DNA of 19,999 nucleotides, from the NCBI GenBank assembly GCA_039194325.1, contig JBCCWC010000249.1, positions 1 through 19,999 on the forward strand, written 5' to 3'. This stretch comes from Myxococcota bacterium. Its GTDB lineage: Bacteria; Myxococcota_A; Polyangia; Nannocystales; Nannocystaceae. The translations under genes were made by a program, and so were the position numbers. Below the pieces are notes generated by a model. That model saw nothing but the letters and a program-made list of their open reading frames with translations, did not search any database and was not told where the DNA came from. Below, in pieces: positions 1 to 7,626 of the stretch (position 1 is the first letter of the stretch; the number at the start of each line of letters is the position of its first letter).

Positions 1-5
1 GGAGT

Positions 6-1184
6 TCAGAAGCCGGCGTCGATGTTCTGCTCGATCTGGTCGAGAGTCAGCGCGTGGTCGTAGACCGCCACCAGGTGCAGGACTCCCTGCCAGGGGCGAT
101 CGAGCGTGGGTTCGTTGCCGCACGACAGCACGTAGCTCTCGTTCCAGTTGGAGAAACTGCCGGTTCGCGTGCTCTCGCCGTGAAGCTGACCGTCGATGTA
201 GATCCGATCATGGCCGTCGTCGGTCCGTACGTAGGCCAGGTGAGTCAGGTTGGTGGTCGCGACGGGCGAGCTGACCAATTCGGGCGTACCGTTGAGCGAG
301 CCCGACCCGTTGCTCGTTCGAACCCTCCCGACGAAGACCGGATCGGAGTTGACGTAGTGGCCCTGGCCCAGCGTGAAATCTCGATAGTCGCCGGAGTCCG
401 ACACGGTCAGGATGCGCCCCGGTCCGGTCATGCCCTTCGTCGCCGGGGTCACCCACGCCTCGGCGGTCAGCTCCCCGGTAGCTTGGCAGGCTTCGATGAC
501 CTTGGTGGCCGGAACGATCGAGGTGGCGACCGCATCCTCAAAGGCGAGCCCGTCGCCCTGCCAATGGAAGCCCACGCTTTGCATCGTCGCGCTTTCGATC
601 GTCAGGTCGAGCGGCTCGCCGTACCCTCCCTGGTCGGCCACCGTGGTGCCCGACCCCTCGTCGAAGCGATAGAGCACCAGCAAGCCCTCGGTGACCCGAG
701 ATATGCCGGAGCCAGTCGACTCGACGATGCCCGTGCTCATGTCGGGGGATCCGGTGGTGCTCGTGCCTTCGATCGGAAGGCCCGTGCTGCCGGGATCGGG
801 CTCGGCGGTGCCGGCGACGGGCTCGGTGGTGAAGCCGGTGTCGAGCATCGGCGAAGAGGTGCCGGTCGCCGGCTCGGGAGGCGAGCCCGAGCTGCCGCTG
901 GTCATTGGTACGTCGTCAAGCTCGACGCAGGTGCCAGCGAGCTCGGCGCTGGCGTGGTCGCCGAACCGCCGCCCCGACGAGCAGTCGGGATCGGGGAAGC
1001 TGCAATAGCCGATGCTCTCGCAAGTGCCGTCGGAACCGCACTGGTGGGGCAAGCTACATACGAAGGTGTTGGCCGGCGCACAGCTGAACCCGAGCCTAAG
1101 CCCGAGACCAAGCCCGAAGACGGTGACACTCCACCGAGCGACACCCCAACGAACGATGCGCCACCGTGGGCTCGTCGACTTCAC
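6..1184 (-). CDS. Secreted Cys-rich protein with C-terminal LamG / concanavalin-A-like (Laminin_G_3 type) domain
   Basis: 392-aa ORF. It has an N-terminal hydrophobic segment (VTVFGLGLGLRLGF), a Cys-rich stretch (CSLPHQCGSDGTCESIGYCSFPDPDC) and a T/S/G/P-rich linker. The C-terminal ~200 aa follow the LamG pattern (LVLYRFDEGSG ... WQGVLHLVAVYDHALTLDQI). Called by eye. Confidence 0.7.
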   Translation of the reverse strand: MKSTSPRWRIVRWGVARWSVTVFGLGLGLRLGFSCAPANTFVCSLPHQCGSDGTCESIGYCSFPDPDCSSGRRFGDHASAELAGTCVELDDVPMTSGSSGSPPEPATGTSSPMLDTGFTTEPVAGTAEPDPGSTGLPIEGTSTTGSPDMSTGIVESTGSGISRVTEGLLVLYRFDEGSGTTVADQGGYGEPLDLTIESATMQSVGFHWQGDGLAFEDAVATSIVPATKVIEACQATGELTAEAWVTPATKGMTGPGRILTVSDSGDYRDFTLGQGHYVNSDPVFVGRVRTSNGSGSLNGTPELVSSPVATTNLTHLAYVRTDDGHDRIYIDGQLHGESTRTGSFSNWNESYVLSCGNEPTLDRPWQGVLHLVAVYDHALTLDQIEQNIDAGF

Positions 1185-1399
1185 GACGCTCGTTACGGTA
1201 CTACAAAACGATGCGTCGTCGCCGGCTGGCGAACCGCGCCCTGCCCGGTGTCTGGGGGATATCGATGATGCTTCTGTAGTTTGGAGATCACCAGGAATTC
1301 AGGCCGAACCCCCTGCGGTGCAGTCACGCTCGTGTTCGTGCCGAGGGCGCGCCCGTCGAGTGCATTTCCCGAGCGCGCGGACTCCCCTACCCTACGGCG

Positions 1400-3022
1400 G
1401 TGTCTGCGACTCGCCGCATCGTTCCTCGCCTGCTCGCCATTACGCTCGCCACACCGCTCGCCACTACGCTCGCCTGTGACAAGGGTGAGACCAAGAGCGG
1501 TCCTGAGGGCGAGGCTCCCGCGTCCACGCCTTCGCCCCGACCAACGAATGTGTCCCCGGCGGCCAAGCTCCCCGCCATCGAGCTGCCCGATGCCGTCCCC
1601 GCCGAAGCGACGGGCGTGCTGGTGGTCCGCACCCCCGAGTCGCTGTTCGCCACAATCGCGGGCTTCGACCTGCTGGGTGAGCCGGCGCCCGAGGACACCA
1701 AGGCGATGCGCGAGGAGGTCGACGCGTACCTCGAAAAGCGGATCGGCCTGACGCTGACCCAGGTCGACCATGTGACCGTCTTCATCTCCCGACAAAAGGG
1801 TGTGGCCGCGATCATCGAGGGCACGGAGGGCGAACCCAAGGGCCGCAGCGTGGGCGAGCACGAGGGGGCCACGCTGCTGGCGCTGGGCTCGTCGGGCGAA
1901 GAAGCGGTGGCCGCCCAGCACGGCAAGCTGCTGATCGTCGGCCAGACCGAGGCGGTCAAGCTGGCCCTCTCGGCGGCGGCGAGCAGCGGCAAACAGCTGG
2001 GGGACGAGGGCGGACCGCTGGTCGACTTGCTCACCGACGACTCCAAGGGGGTCACGCTGGCGGCCGCCGTGGAGGTGGGCGGGCTGCCCAAGGATCTACG
2101 GGGGGAGCTAGAAGACTTCGGGGTCGAGCGAGCCTCCCTGCGGTACGGCACCGATGGCCTGCGCGCGGTAGCGATGGGATCGGAGAGCTCGATGGAGAAG
2201 CTCGAGATGATGCTCAAGGGCGGCCTGGACATGCTGACCACCCAGGGTCAGCGAGCCAAGGAGGAGGCGATGGCCGGTGACGAGACGCTGACGGGAGTGG
2301 CGGCGATCTACGGGTACCACTCCGCCCTGCGGCTGCGGAAGCTGCTGGTGCCCAAGCTCGACGGCAAGCAGCTGAGCTTGGAGGTGCCGATCCGGATCCA
2401 AGACCCCATGCTGCTGACGGCGGTGGCCGGGATCGCGGCCGCCATCGCGATCCCGGCGATGACCAAGTACATGCGGCGATCCAAGACCTCGGAGGCCCGG
2501 GTGCAGATCGCCAAGATGTTCGACGCCGCTTCGGCCTACTTCAACGAAGAGCACGTCTCGCGCGGAGCGATCGCGATCATCGGGGCCGGCGGGACCATCG
2601 GCGGGGTGGGTGGCGGCGCAGTGGGCGGCGTTGCCCCGCATGCGTGCCCCAACGACGGCCGCCCCAAGGGCAACGCTGGCCTCACCCCCCCGCTGTCGGT
2701 CAACTGCAACGATGGCCCGGGCGGCCGCTGTGTGCCCGTGGCCGGCGAGCCCAAGGGTCCCGGCGAGTACTCCATGAAGCTGTGGACCGACAACCCGGTG
2801 TGGAACGGCCTGAACTTTCAGATGGAACAGGGGCACTACTTCCACTACGATTTTCGGTGGGAGAACGAGATCTCCGGGTTTGGCGCGTGTCAGTTCACGG
2901 CGCAGGCGTTTGGTGATCTCGACGATGATCGGATCTTGTCGACCTACGAGCGCTCAGGAGCGGCGGACGAGATGGGGGTCAATGGAGCAGCGGGGCTCTA
3001 CATCGACAAGGAAGTCGAGTAG
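1400..3022 (+). CDS. Putative lipoprotein with an internal type IV pilin-like hydrophobic helix
   Basis: 540-aa ORF with a GTG start. The signal-like N-terminus ends in TLAC (lipobox-like). Residues ~335-380 (LLTAVAGIAAAIAIPAMTKYMRRSKTSEARVQIAKMFDAASAYF) resemble the N-terminal helix of pilins/pseudopilins but lack a G/FTLIE prepilin site. Confidence 0.65.
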   Translation: MSATRRIVPRLLAITLATPLATTLACDKGETKSGPEGEAPASTPSPRPTNVSPAAKLPAIELPDAVPAEATGVLVVRTPESLFATIAGFDLLGEPAPEDTKAMREEVDAYLEKRIGLTLTQVDHVTVFISRQKGVAAIIEGTEGEPKGRSVGEHEGATLLALGSSGEEAVAAQHGKLLIVGQTEAVKLALSAAASSGKQLGDEGGPLVDLLTDDSKGVTLAAAVEVGGLPKDLRGELEDFGVERASLRYGTDGLRAVAMGSESSMEKLEMMLKGGLDMLTTQGQRAKEEAMAGDETLTGVAAIYGYHSALRLRKLLVPKLDGKQLSLEVPIRIQDPMLLTAVAGIAAAIAIPAMTKYMRRSKTSEARVQIAKMFDAASAYFNEEHVSRGAIAIIGAGGTIGGVGGGAVGGVAPHACPNDGRPKGNAGLTPPLSVNCNDGPGGRCVPVAGEPKGPGEYSMKLWTDNPVWNGLNFQMEQGHYFHYDFRWENEISGFGACQFTAQAFGDLDDDRILSTYERSGAADEMGVNGAAGLYIDKEVE

Positions 3023-3040
3023 CCGGAGGAGCCGCAGAGC

Positions 3041-3529
3041 TCAAGAGCTCGCCACGATCGCCGCGATGAACAGACCGCAGGCGACCGCCGACGCGACGGT
3101 CCGCACGTGATTCCACAGCGTCCAACGCTCGAGGTAGGCGGACCAGAGCTCGGCCGACCCGAAACCATCGGGCTCGACCGCGGCCAGGGCATCGTTGAGC
3201 GGGACGTTGAACACCGCCGTGCAGACGAACATACCCAGCACGTAGACCAGCCCGCCCACGAGCAACAGCGAGGCCCCCGGGCCCCCCCACTGGGTGAGGG
3301 ACCAACCCGCCAGGCCCGCGCCGAGCAGTGACGTCCCGAAGAACAGGGGCAGGAACGCCGAAGAGACGATGACCTCGTTGATGGACTGCATCGCGGCGAT
3401 CCCCGCCGTGCGCGGGATCCCGGCCAGGGCCTTCATGACGAAGGTCGAGAAGGCAAAGTAGATCCCGGCCATCACCCCGCAGCCAATCGCGGCCGCCCAC
3501 GTGCCGATGTTGGCGACGAGGCTCATCAT
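3041..3529 (-). CDS. DUF1772-family (anthrone-oxygenase-like) integral membrane protein
   Basis: The ORF track extends to 3709, but recognisable DUF1772-type multi-TM sequence starts at ATG 3529 (MMSLVANIGTWAAAIGCGVMAGIYFAF...). The 60 upstream codons are R/G-rich filler, and a different frame there carries a gene remnant. Confidence 0.8.
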   Translation of the reverse strand: MMSLVANIGTWAAAIGCGVMAGIYFAFSTFVMKALAGIPRTAGIAAMQSINEVIVSSAFLPLFFGTSLLGAGLAGWSLTQWGGPGASLLLVGGLVYVLGMFVCTAVFNVPLNDALAAVEPDGFGSAELWSAYLERWTLWNHVRTVASAVACGLFIAAIVASS

Positions 3530-3663
3530 CGCCCGGCCCCCGGTGTCGAGCGCGAGGCGATCCGGCTCGGCATCTCCTTGACCGCCAGTCGCTCGGCGAC
3601 GCGTCGTCCCGTCTTGCCCTTGCCGCCCAGGATCACCGTGGTTTTGTTTGCAGTCGTGGTCAT
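3526..3663 (-). pseudogene. N-terminal remnant of an NmrA-like / NAD(P)-binding Rossmann protein
   Basis: A 45-codon frame runs from ATG 3663 to TGA 3526: MTTTANKTTVILGGKGKTGRRVAERLAVKEMPSRIASRSTPGAGR. This is the GxxGxxG N-terminus typical of NmrA-like proteins, truncated after ~45 aa. Its stop overlaps the ATGATG start of the DUF1772 gene. Confidence 0.45.
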
Positions 3664-3683
3664 CACAAGGGACACCATGAAAG

Positions 3684-3730
3684 ATGCGTAGATACATTGT
3701 TAGGCGCAAATTATCCGAGTATCATTGCAT
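3684..3730. promoter_or_regulatory. Imperfect inverted repeat in the LysR-divergent intergenic region (candidate operator)
   Basis: ATGCGTAGATAC (3684-3695) and GTATCATTGCAT (3719-3730) are imperfect reverse complements (GATAC/GTATC and ATGC/GCAT arms). They lie in a locally AT-richer divergent promoter region. The function is inferred only. Confidence 0.3.
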
Positions 3731-3732
3731 CT

Positions 3733-4644
3733 ATGCAAGGCAACGCGAACGCCCGAGACCTGCTCCCCTGGGACGATGTGCGGCTGTTCTTGGCGCTGTG
3801 CCGCTCGCGTACCCTCGGCGAGGCGGGGCGCCGGCTCGGCGTGGACGGCTCGACGATGTCTCGACGCCTCGACGGGCTCGAGGAGGCGCTGGCCATGGTC
3901 CTCTTCGAGCGAGGCCGAGGCGGGATCACGGCGACCGAGGCCGCCCAGCAGCTGATGCCGGTGGCCGAGGAGATGGAGTACGTGATGGCTCGCTTCACCG
4001 GAGCAGCGGAGACCTTCGAACGATCGATCGCCGGGCGGGTGCGTATCGCGTGCCCCGCCGACGCGGCCGAGGTCCTCGTCGCCCCGCTGCTGCCGCGGCT
4101 GCTGCAACGGCACCCCAGCCTGTTCATCGATCTCGACGCGGGCGAGGGCGTGGTCGACATGGCGCGCCGGGACGCCGACCTGGCGCTCCGGACGGCGCGG
4201 ACGACCCAAGGGGATCTGCTCGTGACGCGGTTGTTCCGGCTACAGTGGAGTGTGGTCATCGCCCCGCGGCTGGCCAAGACGATCGGTACGCTGCGGGCGT
4301 GGAGTGATGTGCCCTGGATCATGTGCAGCGAGCGCATGGCCGAGACGACGCCCGGGCGCTGGGGCGCCGCGAACCTCGGCGGCATCGAGCCGATCCTGCG
4401 CTCGGACAGCCTCACCGTGCAGATCGCCTCGGTGGCCAACGGCCTGGGCGCTGCTCTGGTCCCCAACGTGAGCGTCGAGCACTACGGGTTAGTGCCGCTG
4501 AAGCTGACTCGCAAGCTACACCGGTCCGTGGGCGAGTGGCCGCAGGACGATCTCTACCTGGTCACTCACCGTACCCTTCGCGGCGTGCCGAGGGTGCGAG
4601 CGGTGTGGGACTTCCTGATCGAGCACACGGCTGAGCGCCGGTGA
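3733..4644 (+). CDS. LysR-family transcriptional regulator
   Basis: N-terminal wHTH (VRLFLALCRSRTLGEAGRRLGVDGSTMSRRLDGLEEAL) and a LysR-type substrate-binding C-terminus. It is divergent from the NmrA-remnant/DUF1772 pair. ATG 3733 is preferred over TTG 3697. Confidence 0.9.
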   Translation: MQGNANARDLLPWDDVRLFLALCRSRTLGEAGRRLGVDGSTMSRRLDGLEEALAMVLFERGRGGITATEAAQQLMPVAEEMEYVMARFTGAAETFERSIAGRVRIACPADAAEVLVAPLLPRLLQRHPSLFIDLDAGEGVVDMARRDADLALRTARTTQGDLLVTRLFRLQWSVVIAPRLAKTIGTLRAWSDVPWIMCSERMAETTPGRWGAANLGGIEPILRSDSLTVQIASVANGLGAALVPNVSVEHYGLVPLKLTRKLHRSVGEWPQDDLYLVTHRTLRGVPRVRAVWDFLIEHTAERR

Positions 4645-4647
4645 CGG

Positions 4648-5670
4648 CTAGCCCGGGGTCGTTGCTCGAATGAGACGATCACGCACTGCTCGCCAGTCGG
4701 GCTCGTCTGGAGGCATGACGATCAGGATCCGTCGGGGCTGCTGCTGGTCACACTCACGGAGCGTGGCGTAGAGCAACCGGGCCGCGGTGGTCGGATCGGG
4801 CAGCACACGGCGTACACAAGCAACGGGACCATCCTCTCGCCCGACCCAGAGCACTACGTCATCCTCGGCGGGCCCTAGCTCGGCCAGCGCCTCGGGTGAC
4901 TCCACGCGTAGCGCAGGGGCTCGCGGTGCGTAGTGCCGCGCCCGCTGACCGGGACTGCGGGCCGGCCCGGGACCACGAGATCCCTCGTCGAGCGCCTGCC
5001 CCAGGTGTAGACCCAGCGCGCTCGCGCCCAGCGGACCCGGCCGTAGGATCCGCGGCTGCGGTCCGGTCAGATCGACCACCGTGGACTCGATGCCCACGGC
5101 GGTCGGACCGCTGTCGAGGATCATCTCCACTCGACCCTCGAGGTCGGCGAGCACGTGCTCGGCTCGGGTTGGCGAGACGTGCTCGGAACGATTGGCGCTG
5201 GGAGCGGCGAGGGGTCGACCGGTCGTCGCGATCAGGCTCCGCGCCACCGCGGGAGCGGGCACCCGCAGGCCCACCGTGTCGAGCCCGGCGCTCACGTCGG
5301 CCGGTAGCGAGTCGGCGCGAGGCACCACCAAGGTCAGCGGCCCCGGCCAAAACGCGGACAAGCGCCCGGCGGCCGCGGGCCACCGAGCGGCGTAATGCCG
5401 GGCCATCGCCTCGTCGGCCACGTGCACGATGAGCGGATTGTCCGAGGGGCGTCCCTTGGCGGCGAAGATCCGCTGCACCGCCGACGCGCACGTGGCATCG
5501 GCGCCGAGCCCATAGACGGTCTCGGTGGTAAAGGCGACCAGGCCGCCCGCTCGCAGCACCGCGGCCGCTTCGGCGAGCACGAGGGGATCGGGCGCGTCGC
5601 GATCGATCGGTATCACGCGGGTTCGGGGCACGCGGCCGGGACGATACTTCAGTGGATCGCACTCGGTCAT
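4648..5670 (-). CDS. tsaC: L-threonylcarbamoyladenylate synthase, Sua5/TsaC2 type (YrdC domain + Sua5 C-terminal domain)
   Basis: YrdC-fold motifs are present (LVAFTTETVYGLGADA, KGRPSDNPLIVHV, PGPLTLVV, SANRSEHVSPT), followed by the Sua5 C-domain (SPGQRARHYAP). ATG 5670 gives 340 aa. The alternative ATG 5769 overlaps the stop of the upstream E1-like gene (ATGA). Confidence 0.85.
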   Translation of the reverse strand: MTECDPLKYRPGRVPRTRVIPIDRDAPDPLVLAEAAAVLRAGGLVAFTTETVYGLGADATCASAVQRIFAAKGRPSDNPLIVHVADEAMARHYAARWPAAAGRLSAFWPGPLTLVVPRADSLPADVSAGLDTVGLRVPAPAVARSLIATTGRPLAAPSANRSEHVSPTRAEHVLADLEGRVEMILDSGPTAVGIESTVVDLTGPQPRILRPGPLGASALGLHLGQALDEGSRGPGPARSPGQRARHYAPRAPALRVESPEALAELGPAEDDVVLWVGREDGPVACVRRVLPDPTTAARLLYATLRECDQQQPRRILIVMPPDEPDWRAVRDRLIRATTPG

Positions 5671-5765
5671 GCACGCTTGGGGAGGCAGGAGGCGAGGGGT
5701 CACAATGGCCCCCGCGGTGCGGGCACGATCCCTGTATCGTGACCGCACCGCGGGCATACGGCGGG

Positions 5766-6338
5766 TCATGCCCGCTGCACGCCGGTGAGGCTGATCATGC
5801 TGTTGCGTTGGGCGCCCTCGGCCACGAACTCCTGGATCGTAAGCGCCAGCGTCGCGGCGACGAGCCCGATGAAGGGCAGGTGCTCCCCGCCTTCGCACGT
5901 GGCCTGCCCGGAGTGATCCTCGGCGTCCGGCACGAATTGCTCGTCCCACCGCACCATGCCGTAGGTCCCGTCGGCTGAAATTGCCGCATGGACGCAGGGC
6001 TTTTGGCGCGCCCGCGCAAAGCGAGACAGCAACGACCGGCTGGGCGCGTTGTCCAAGCCGTCGACGAGCAGGTCACCCTCACCGAGCAGTTCGGCGACGT
6101 TGGCCTCGACCAGCCTCACACCGAACGCCTCGACCTTGAGGCCGAAGAAGTTCTGCAATTGCTGCTTGAGCGCGGTGGCCTTGTTCTTGCCCACCGACTG
6201 CCGGACGAAGGCTTGCGCCAGCACGTTCTTGCTCTCGACCCGGTCGAAGTCGACCAGCCGCAGCGTGGCGTCGAGGTTGCGACACCCCATGACGGCCGTG
6301 GAGCCGAGCGCACCCACACCACAAAATACGATACGCAC
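5766..6338 (-). CDS. Minimal ThiF/MoeB-type E1-like adenylyltransferase
   Basis: 190 aa with a GTG start. GVGALGS (Rossmann), VDFDRVESKNV, GKNKATALKQQL, DLLVDGLDNAPSR and ATCEGGEHLPFIG align by eye with the ThiF/MoeB adenylation domain. There are no CxxC zinc motifs and no rhodanese domain. Confidence 0.8.
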   Translation of the reverse strand: MRIVFCGVGALGSTAVMGCRNLDATLRLVDFDRVESKNVLAQAFVRQSVGKNKATALKQQLQNFFGLKVEAFGVRLVEANVAELLGEGDLLVDGLDNAPSRSLLSRFARARQKPCVHAAISADGTYGMVRWDEQFVPDAEDHSGQATCEGGEHLPFIGLVAATLALTIQEFVAEGAQRNSMISLTGVQRA

Positions 6339-6347
6339 CAGAGCACC

Positions 6348-6620
6348 TCAGCCTTCGCCGAAGGGAACCTTGGGGCGCAGGTAGATCCGCGTGGCCTCGC
6401 GACCACTGGGGCCACGACGACCCCACGCGCTGCGGAGTCGATCGACCACGTACGAGTCGAACGCATCCTTGGGCAAGTGAGCGATGTGCAAGCCCGGCAG
6501 ATCGCCCGAGCGGATCAGCTCGATAGCCACGCGCCGGATGTCGCGGTCGGTCATGCGATCGCTGACCGTGGTCTTGTAGTCGACCGAGAGGCCATTATAG
6601 GTGATGTTCAGGATTGCCAT
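6348..6620 (-). CDS. Small beta-grasp / ubiquitin-like (or ThiS/MoaD-like) protein candidate ending in Gly
   Basis: 90 aa. The pattern is strand-strand-helix-strand (ILNITYNGLSVDYK / DRDIRRVAIELIRSG / YVVDRL / RIYLRPKV), and the C-terminus is ...VPFGEG-stop. It ends 9 nt upstream of the E1-like gene. The family call is contextual. Confidence 0.5.
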   Translation of the reverse strand: MAILNITYNGLSVDYKTTVSDRMTDRDIRRVAIELIRSGDLPGLHIAHLPKDAFDSYVVDRLRSAWGRRGPSGREATRIYLRPKVPFGEG

Positions 6621-6678
6621 GTGAGTGAGTCCTCATGGTGAAGGGCCACCCGGGCCCGCCGTGGACGAGCCCGGGCGC

Positions 6679-7620
6679 TCAGTAGTTGGTGATGTGGAGC
6701 AGGTCGCGATCGATCGCCTCGCTGATCACCGAGGGCAAGCTGTCGAGCCCCAGCTGCTCGTCGTGACCATTGAGGCAGATCCCCGAGTCGTAGACGTGGA
6801 GGGTGTCTCGATCGACCACGGCGATGAACTGCTCACCGAGGTAGCGAAACACGACCTCCTGGCGCCCCTGGCTGAGCTGACGACTGCTCACCAGCTCGGC
6901 CCCTGCCTGCTCCAAGACGATCGCGGCCCGCTCGCTCGTGCCCGCGCCCGTGCCCATAGCGGTCGTGCCCGAGGGCTGCGGTCGCGCCCGAGCGCGGTGG
7001 TTCGAGCCAGGGTCGAGCTGGAAGATCCGCGCCTCCCGCTCGTCGAGCAGAGCCTGGGCATCCAGCGTCCCCTCGGCGACGGCGTGTACCTGGCGGAGCA
7101 CCTCTCGTACCGAGACCTGCAGACCCCGGCGCGCCGCCTCGCGGCGGAGCCGGGCGTAGCCGAACGCACCACGCAGTGAGGGCGCGACGCCTTTGATCCC
7201 GGCCACGCTGTCGTCATCGAGCAGCGCAGTGCGAGCCGCGTCTTCGGCCTCGTCCTCAAACGCGAGGAGATCGAACACCAGCTCGTCGCCGGGCCAGCGC
7301 CGGGCAACCGCCGGGCTGAGTACGGGGGGCTCGTCTTCGGGCATCAGGTAGACTCGTCGTGCAGTATCACCCCCGGTAAAGAGCCAGTCTCCGACCATGT
7401 GCCCGCGAACGGCGGGCAGGTGATCGAGCGAGGGCACGTCGACCTTCTCGGCGGGCGTGGCGTGGCGCCCCGCGATCTCGAATCTCCACCAGCCAGCGGC
7501 CACGCGCCGCGTGACGCGGAGCCGCCGGTCGGGCGCGTGAACCGACGGCCCGCCCCGGTAGGGCAGGACCATGGTCTGGGTGACCCCGAGGAACTTGCGG
7601 TAGTCCATGGACCTCACCAT
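6679..7620 (-). CDS. Hypothetical protein with E2/UBC-like C-terminal region
   Basis: 313 aa. It starts 6 nt after the stop of the vWA gene. The C-terminal ~90 aa comprise a helix (SERAAIVLEQAGAELV), about four strands, then LHVYDSGICLNG. This resembles the E2 HPN...G.ICL active site, with Cys282 at codon 6777-6775. The N-terminal ~200 aa match no family I recognise. Confidence 0.6.
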   Translation of the reverse strand: MVRSMDYRKFLGVTQTMVLPYRGGPSVHAPDRRLRVTRRVAAGWWRFEIAGRHATPAEKVDVPSLDHLPAVRGHMVGDWLFTGGDTARRVYLMPEDEPPVLSPAVARRWPGDELVFDLLAFEDEAEDAARTALLDDDSVAGIKGVAPSLRGAFGYARLRREAARRGLQVSVREVLRQVHAVAEGTLDAQALLDEREARIFQLDPGSNHRARARPQPSGTTAMGTGAGTSERAAIVLEQAGAELVSSRQLSQGRQEVVFRYLGEQFIAVVDRDTLHVYDSGICLNGHDEQLGLDSLPSVISEAIDRDLLHITNY

Positions 7621-7626
7621 GGCTCC

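Noticed and set aside
5671-5949. 93-codon N-terminal extension of the Sua5 ORF.
   Set aside because: It is R-rich and overlaps the 3' end of the E1-like gene in another frame. Sua5 homology starts near ATG 5670. Only the ATG at 5769 (ATGA overlap) is kept as a possible alternative start.
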